NCBI GenBank assembly: GCA_045106895.1
Contig: JBGCFM010000069.1
Location: 25,930 to 89,929 of the forward strand
DNA from: Polyangiales bacterium
GTDB taxonomy: Bacteria; Myxococcota_A; Polyangia; Polyangiales; Houyiibacteriaceae
Direction: 5' to 3'
DNA: 64,000 bases
Shown here one piece after another: positions 58,829 to 64,000 of the stretch. A program made the position numbers and the translations under genes. The notes beneath the pieces are model-generated. The model made no database searches, had not been told where the DNA came from, and worked only from the letters and a program-made list of their open reading frames with translations. Every line of letters begins with the position of its first letter. The first letter of the stretch is position 1.

Positions 58829-61800
58829 TCAACGACCTGAATACGCACTCCATTAGTCGTGCTGACCTGGTCTCGCCACCAGTGGGCGATGTAGGAGGTT
58901 GTTCCGACGACGACTTGGCTCGTCCAGTAGCCCGAGGTGTCCTCGTCGTCGAGAACTTCAACGGTCCAGCCAGCGCCGCCTCGACGTGCAAGAACGGCGC
59001 GACCGGCAGTGGCGTCCTGGTACGCAACGCGGACCTCGCCGCCCACAACCCCGATGGTGCTGTCATCGCCAACAATGTGGCGACCGTCCATGTGGAGCGC
59101 GGAGCCGTCCGTGGATCCGTCGTCCACGGTCTCAAGAACCTGCACGACGCCGCCAACAACCTGCGCGTAGCGAAGACGCTCTTCGCTGCCGTCCACATAG
59201 GTGACGTGCCAAGTGTCTCCGTCGACAGCGAGGCTCGCGCCAATGCCGGAGTCGCCCGCCACGTCGAGTGGATCGGCGCTCAGCTCGCGTGCGTAGCCAT
59301 CGATGAGGAAAGGAGCGCTCCACGCGCCGCCGCTGGACTCGGTGCCCCAGAGGTTGCCGGTGGTGCGATCGTAGAACACGAGGCCAAGGCCGCCGGAGGT
59401 GACGGCAAGCTGAGCGTGAAGGCCCGCGGCGACCGGCATGTCCTCGACGAAGCCCTCTTCAAGCGCTTCTTCGCATCGGCCGCCGGCGACACACTCTTCG
59501 CCGCTGCCGCACTCGCCGCACGCCGAGGAGGCCATTTCGCACACGCCGAGCGCCGTACATACCGAGCCTTCAGGGCAGTACTCCGCGCGGCAATCGATCT
59601 CTGCAGTGTAGACGTCCGTGATGCTCCAGTCGCTTGCGCCACTTGGAACGCCAGAGGCGGTGGCCACGCGCACCGAAGAGCTGGGTCGGCCAGGAGCCGA
59701 GGCTGCCGGCGTGATCGCCAGGTATGCCACGGCGAGGCCGCCGGAGGTCTGGATGAGGTCCGAGTAAGCGCCGGCGATGCCTTCGGAGTCGACAACATGA
59801 ACACCAAAGGTGCCGCCCGGCGTACCGCTGGCGAACTTGAGGTCACCTTCGTCTGTGTCTTGGTAGCTGACATGAAGGGTTCCAGCGTCCGCGACGATGG
59901 ACGCCCAGCGTCCGACGTCCTGGCCCGCTTCGCGAACGCCATCTCGCCAACCGGTAGGGTCACCGAACACAGGCTCACTTGGAGCTCCGTCGACGATGCT
60001 CCACTCCATGTCGCCGCTCGCGCTGTCGTAAGCGCCGACGACGAGGTCGCCGTACTGAAGGAGCGGCGGAACACCCGGGGAGTAACCGGCCACGTAAAGC
60101 GAGCCGTCGCTGTCCGCCGCGAGGTCGAGGTATGTCGCGAGAATACCAGGAGAGAGAGGGGCTCCTGGACCTGTGTCTGGCGCGCCATCGGTGCCCGGGA
60201 CGAAACCGTCTTCGAGAGGTACCGAGCCGTCCAATTCACCAGGGCCCATCCCATCACCGCAGTCACAGCCAGCGACGATCAGGGTGAGGGGAAGCAAGAA
60301 CGTCAGGAATGAGGAGCTGCTGGAGAGCGGAAACCCGGCACGACCGGCGTGCACCTCATTTCGTCGACGGCGTCGAATGGAAACGAACCCAAGAAGGGCC
60401 AACCCGAAGAAGAGCGCGCCTGGACGTGGCTCGTCGTCGCCACCTGCCACGGTGCAGGCACAGCCCGCTTGGCCAGGGACGGGGCGACCACGAATCAGCG
60501 CGGAGCTTACGGAGCCAACATTCTCTGCCTCGTCCATGACCTCGACGTTGGCCGTCGTGGAAGGAATCATGAGGCCTTCACGGCCGAGGGCGACCCATTC
60601 GCTCCACGCGCCGAGCTCGCTCTGCCAGCGGACCATCAGGTCTTCTTGATCGGTCAGAACATCGCGCGCAGTGACCCGTGTCTCGTCGTCGTACGCCTCG
60701 AGAGTGATCGTGGGCTCGAGGATATCGATGAGGATCTCCTCGTAGGCGGGGGTCAGGTCGACGCTGTATCGCTCACCCACAACGCGAGCGCGAGCTTCGA
60801 TCTCGTGACGGCCCTGGAGCAAGAAGATCTCATCCTCGATGGTAACCATCGACTCTGTCGACCACTGAGTCCAGTGACGTCCATCCACGCGAACCGAGTA
60901 TTCGTAGTCGACGCCAAGGGGGCCGTCGGCGTCGAGGTTGATGGTGACGCTTGGGATGGTGCCCACGGCCCAGGTTTCGAGCTGCATGCCGTCGCGATTG
61001 AGGTCGACGCCCGCAACTTCGAGGCGAGTCTCCACGGGCGCCGTGAGGGCCATCGGGGCGGCGGCGCTGAGGTTGGCGAAGATGCCGAGGAACTCTTCGC
61101 CGTCTTCTTCGATGCCGCGAATGCCGCCTTCTCCGACCTCAAGCTGAAGGCCCATGATGTCGGGAAGGGCGAAGCCGCTAAGGTCGCCGACGACCATGCC
61201 AGCTGCTGCCGTCAAAATGGTCTGAACGAGGTTGGCCACCACGGCTGGATCCTCACGAAGGAGCTCGGAGTTCGTCACGGTGGAGTCTTCAGCATCGATG
61301 GACAGGACCGAAGGGACGATTTCGCCGTCGATGGCCGTGAGCTGAATCGGAATGGAGAGGTCTGACTCGAAGGTCATGAAGCGCACAAAGCGTTCCGAGC
61401 TCCAAACGTAGAAGTCGATCTGGAGGTCCGGGAGGGAGACGTTGAGAACGGGGTCTTCCTCTGTGCCCTCGCCGATCTCGAAGACGGGCGGGTTCTGGGG
61501 ACGAAGAGCAAGACTGATGGGCGCGTTGCTGTTCGGGAACGCGACGTCCGCCAGCGACGAGATGAGCGCGCTGAAGAGACCCGTCGAGAGCTGTTGGGCG
61601 AGGTTCGTGCCCGCGCCGATGCAGAGAAGGCCGCTGTCGTACATGCCGTAGCCAGCGTGGTTTAGGTAGGACTCGCTGACGCCGATGCCCATGTGGGGAG
61701 CGGTCGCAAGGCCGGGGACGGAGTTGCCACGGAACGTCGCGACACGAGGAACCGTCGGGAGCGGCGGTGCTGGCATCGCTGGGACGCACGGGTTGTTCAC

Positions 61801-62847
61801 TGGAGTCGTCTGGAAGTCGCGGGTCGTTCCAAGGAAGCCGCCGTACATGAAGACGCTCATGCCGTCGTTGACGGCCTCACCGTCGCCGCCGGCGGCGATG
61901 AGGAACTGGCCTGGCGCATGGGTTCCGGGAGAGATGGAGCCGAGGAATGCCTCGCCCAGGTCGCCCTGGCCGTCGGTGCCGAGGAGTGTTGGAACACAGC
62001 TCCCGTCCGCGTATTCACACACGGCGTCTGGGCCTGCGCCATTCGCGGTGGTGCCCGTCGGACAGCCGTACTCGCCCTGCGTGGTGCAGAGCTGCTCGTC
62101 GAGGGCGCTCTGGAGGAGTCCGCCGACCTGGTCTTCGATTTGGCCAACAATCAGGCCGCGGGCAAGGTTCAGGAGACCGGAGAGGAAGCAGTCGTTGACG
62201 CGAATATCGTTGTTCTCGATGCCGCCGGGTCCAAGGCCCGCGCTCTCCACAATGATTCTCGTGTATCCGCGGCGCGCGGCCTGGGTTTCTTCCGAGAGCC
62301 GGAGGCGCGCTTCGATGGGCACGTAGTTCCGGTCGCCGCCATCACTGTTTACGTCGATGTTTCCGTTACAAGCCCAGTAGTCGATGGGCAAGCCACGCCG
62401 GTTACCGGCGGTGTCGTAGCTCTGTAGGCGAATGTCGATGTCGAGGTCGAGGGCGTTTCCTGCCGTCGGCGTGATCTCCGCGTCGACGATCTCCGCGCGC
62501 AGGATGCAGTCCTCATCGTCGCAGATGGTGAGCGTGCCAACGAAGCTCTGCTCGGTTCGCGGGACGGCGAACTCAAGCCCACCGGGAAGCGCGCTCTCGA
62601 CGATTGAGCCGATGTTGTCTTCGAGGAATCCGATGCCTTGATCCGTAAGACGAACCTGCACGGAGTTCTCGATGCGCTCGGCGATGGGGAATCCACCGGG
62701 AATCGGCGCAACACCACAGGACTCGCCACAACCGCAGCCACCCCCGCCACAAGCCATGAGCGCGAACATCGCGCCAACTTGCAGTGTCCGCCACGAGGCG
62801 GTGGTGAGACCTAGGGTCTTGTTCTTGGGGTCCCAGGGATAGTTCAT
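58825..62847 (-). CDS. 1340-aa lipoprotein: BPI/LBP-like region, Ig-like domains, internal MYXO-CTERM, second lipobox, C-terminal beta-propeller
   Basis: Lipobox ALMAC; VQVRLTDQGIGFL and MGIGVSESYLNHAGY..YDSGLL; GCACTVAG...LFFGLALLGFVSIRRRRR at about aa 795-830; LPLTLIVAGC at C861; propeller blades (GRWASI, LHVSYQD, LKFA, WHVTYVD, VAYQD); AGGAG RBS. Confidence 0.8.
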   Translation of the reverse strand: MNYPWDPKNKTLGLTTASWRTLQVGAMFALMACGGGGCGCGESCGVAPIPGGFPIAERIENSVQVRLTDQGIGFLEDNIGSIVESALPGGLEFAVPRTEQSFVGTLTICDDEDCILRAEIVDAEITPTAGNALDLDIDIRLQSYDTAGNRRGLPIDYWACNGNIDVNSDGGDRNYVPIEARLRLSEETQAARRGYTRIIVESAGLGPGGIENNDIRVNDCFLSGLLNLARGLIVGQIEDQVGGLLQSALDEQLCTTQGEYGCPTGTTANGAGPDAVCEYADGSCVPTLLGTDGQGDLGEAFLGSISPGTHAPGQFLIAAGGDGEAVNDGMSVFMYGGFLGTTRDFQTTPVNNPCVPAMPAPPLPTVPRVATFRGNSVPGLATAPHMGIGVSESYLNHAGYGMYDSGLLCIGAGTNLAQQLSTGLFSALISSLADVAFPNSNAPISLALRPQNPPVFEIGEGTEEDPVLNVSLPDLQIDFYVWSSERFVRFMTFESDLSIPIQLTAIDGEIVPSVLSIDAEDSTVTNSELLREDPAVVANLVQTILTAAAGMVVGDLSGFALPDIMGLQLEVGEGGIRGIEEDGEEFLGIFANLSAAAPMALTAPVETRLEVAGVDLNRDGMQLETWAVGTIPSVTINLDADGPLGVDYEYSVRVDGRHWTQWSTESMVTIEDEIFLLQGRHEIEARARVVGERYSVDLTPAYEEILIDILEPTITLEAYDDETRVTARDVLTDQEDLMVRWQSELGAWSEWVALGREGLMIPSTTANVEVMDEAENVGSVSSALIRGRPVPGQAGCACTVAGGDDEPRPGALFFGLALLGFVSIRRRRRNEVHAGRAGFPLSSSSSFLTFLLPLTLIVAGCDCGDGMGPGELDGSVPLEDGFVPGTDGAPDTGPGAPLSPGILATYLDLAADSDGSLYVAGYSPGVPPLLQYGDLVVGAYDSASGDMEWSIVDGAPSEPVFGDPTGWRDGVREAGQDVGRWASIVADAGTLHVSYQDTDEGDLKFASGTPGGTFGVHVVDSEGIAGAYSDLIQTSGGLAVAYLAITPAASAPGRPSSSVRVATASGVPSGASDWSITDVYTAEIDCRAEYCPEGSVCTALGVCEMASSACGECGSGEECVAGGRCEEALEEGFVEDMPVAAGLHAQLAVTSGGLGLVFYDRTTGNLWGTESSGGAWSAPFLIDGYARELSADPLDVAGDSGIGASLAVDGDTWHVTYVDGSEERLRYAQVVGGVVQVLETVDDGSTDGSALHMDGRHIVGDDSTIGVVGGEVRVAYQDATAGRAVLARRGGAGWTVEVLDDEDTSGYWTSQVVVGTTSYIAHWWRDQVSTTNGVRIQVVD

Positions 62848-62944
62848 CGATCGCTCCTACAAAGCCACGCTGCGCGAGTGCGCAGACCGCGCACACAGTA
62901 GCGAAGAGGGGTGACTCGGGACAACCGATACGAAGTGATTTTTA

Positions 62945-62976
62945 CGAAAAAGCCCACCGAGGGGTGGGCTTTTTCG
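62945..62976. terminator. Bidirectional-type intrinsic terminator downstream of the PfkB gene
   Basis: Perfect 14-bp inverted repeat CGAAAAAGCCCACC-GAGG-GGTGGGCTTTTTCG. Confidence 0.85.
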
Positions 62977-63008
62977 CGGAATGCCCTAGGCCGGGCGGGC
63001 TCGAACGC

Positions 63009-63911
63009 TCAGGAAAAGTCGACGAGGCGGCGGAATTCGCCGATCCGGGCGTCGATGTTCGCCTGGGTGAGAGGCAGGAGCTTCTCGCAGCCGATGCCTT
63101 CGCAGCAGAAGGACGCCATCGTCGAACCGTGGATGACGGCGGAGCGAAGCGTGGCGGTGTCGTGCTTGCCTTGTTTTGCGATGTACCCGAGGAAGCCGCC
63201 GGCGAAGGTGTCACCAGCGCCCGTCGGGTCGACGGCAGCGAGGGGAAGGGCCGGAGCGCTGAAGAGGTCGTCCTCAGTGAAGAGAATCGCGCCGTACTCG
63301 CCTTGCTTCACGACGAGCGTCTTGGGGCCCATCTTCACCAGCTGCTCGAGGACGTGCACCATATGATGCTTGCCGGAGAGCTGGCGGGCTTCTTCTTCGT
63401 TGATCACGAGGACGTCGATGCGCTTGATGAGCTGCTTGAGCAGATCGAGTTCCCCATCGATCCAAAAGTTCATCGTGTCCGCCACGACGAGCTTCGGCGA
63501 GTTCACCTGGTCCAGAACGCTGAGCTGGAGCGCGGGGTGAATGTTGCCGAGCATCACGTAGGGTGAGTCTTTGCACTGCTCGGGAATCTTGGGCGCGAAG
63601 TCCGCGAAGACGTTCAGGTCGGTGCGGAGTGTCTCGCGGCTCGTGAGGTCGTCGGTGTATCGACCTTCCCAGTGGAAGGTCTTCCCTTCGGCGACCTCAA
63701 GGCCCTCGAGCTCGACTTTACGGTCACGCAGCATCTGGATTGCGCTGTCTGGAAAGTCCTGGCCGACAACGCCAACCAACTGCACGTCGGTGAAAAAGCT
63801 ACCCGACACGGACGCATAGGTGGCGCTGCCGCCTACGACCTTTTCATGGGTACCGAGGGAGTTGTGGAGCGTGGCCAACGCCACAGAACCAACAACACGC
63901 ATCGAGGGCAT
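63009..63911 (-). CDS. PfkB-family carbohydrate/nucleoside kinase
   Basis: VVGSVA, GGSATY, VGVVGQDF, DTMNFWI, INEEEA, VDPTGAGDTFAGG; GGGAG RBS before ATG 63911. Confidence 0.92.
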   Translation of the reverse strand: MPSMRVVGSVALATLHNSLGTHEKVVGGSATYASVSGSFFTDVQLVGVVGQDFPDSAIQMLRDRKVELEGLEVAEGKTFHWEGRYTDDLTSRETLRTDLNVFADFAPKIPEQCKDSPYVMLGNIHPALQLSVLDQVNSPKLVVADTMNFWIDGELDLLKQLIKRIDVLVINEEEARQLSGKHHMVHVLEQLVKMGPKTLVVKQGEYGAILFTEDDLFSAPALPLAAVDPTGAGDTFAGGFLGYIAKQGKHDTATLRSAVIHGSTMASFCCEGIGCEKLLPLTQANIDARIGEFRRLVDFS

Positions 63912-64000
63912 GCAACTCCCCAAGCAGCGACCGACGAGGGGCGCAAGCTGCGACCGTGAGTCAGGCGAGATTCGATCGCGCGCCCTCATGATGCCGTGTT

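Noticed and set aside
58819..60312. Long antisense ORF (497 aa) and similar shadow ORFs (3975-5264, 21215-22399, 37491-38771, 50729-51871)
   Set aside because: They lie opposite well-supported genes and lack motifs; long stop-free antisense frames are expected in high-GC coding DNA.

Overview
GC-rich bacterial chromosome segment, most likely from a myxobacterium (Polyangiales/Sandaracinaceae-like). This is inferred from a MYXO-CTERM motif, a CglF/GltF-like small protein, DAG/DGG-rich lipoprotein linkers, giant TPR proteins and a eukaryotic-type Ser/Thr kinase. From left to right: (1) a complete chemosensory cluster (366-10904): CheW with an inserted CZB zinc-binding domain, a MshEN-like repeat protein, an outer-membrane beta-barrel, then cheA-mcp-cheB-cheR-cheD-cheY-cheX. 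It is bracketed by two paralogous unknown genes: 11003-11968 and a partial minus-strand gene at <1-258 that the ORF track misses. (2) A housekeeping block: trmFO, an NHL lipoprotein, xerC (inverted), hslVU, argB, argF, J-domain/TPR - DnaK paralogue - wHTH protein, argG, a CNNM/CBS protein and a metallophosphoesterase. (3) Mixed genes: MerR-TPR, a 1752-aa TPR protein, pdxH, PilZ, a surface amidohydrolase with TSP3/OB/lamin-tail modules, a CglF-like protein, a Ser/Thr kinase, UPF0182 and tRNA-Leu(TAA). (4) A doubly frameshifted EEP gene, MAPEG and MBL genes, and a probable phosphorus-scavenging locus (tonB-exbB-exbD-exbD-TBDR-beta-helix lipoprotein-OprP-like porin-PiT-like transporter) with Pho-box-like repeats. 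(5) A PAP2 phosphatase coupled to a 1340-aa BPI/LBP-like lipoprotein with an INTERNAL MYXO-CTERM followed by a second lipobox, then a PfkB kinase. No CRISPR array, rRNA or clear mobile element was seen. All domain calls come from motif recognition by eye, not database searches.
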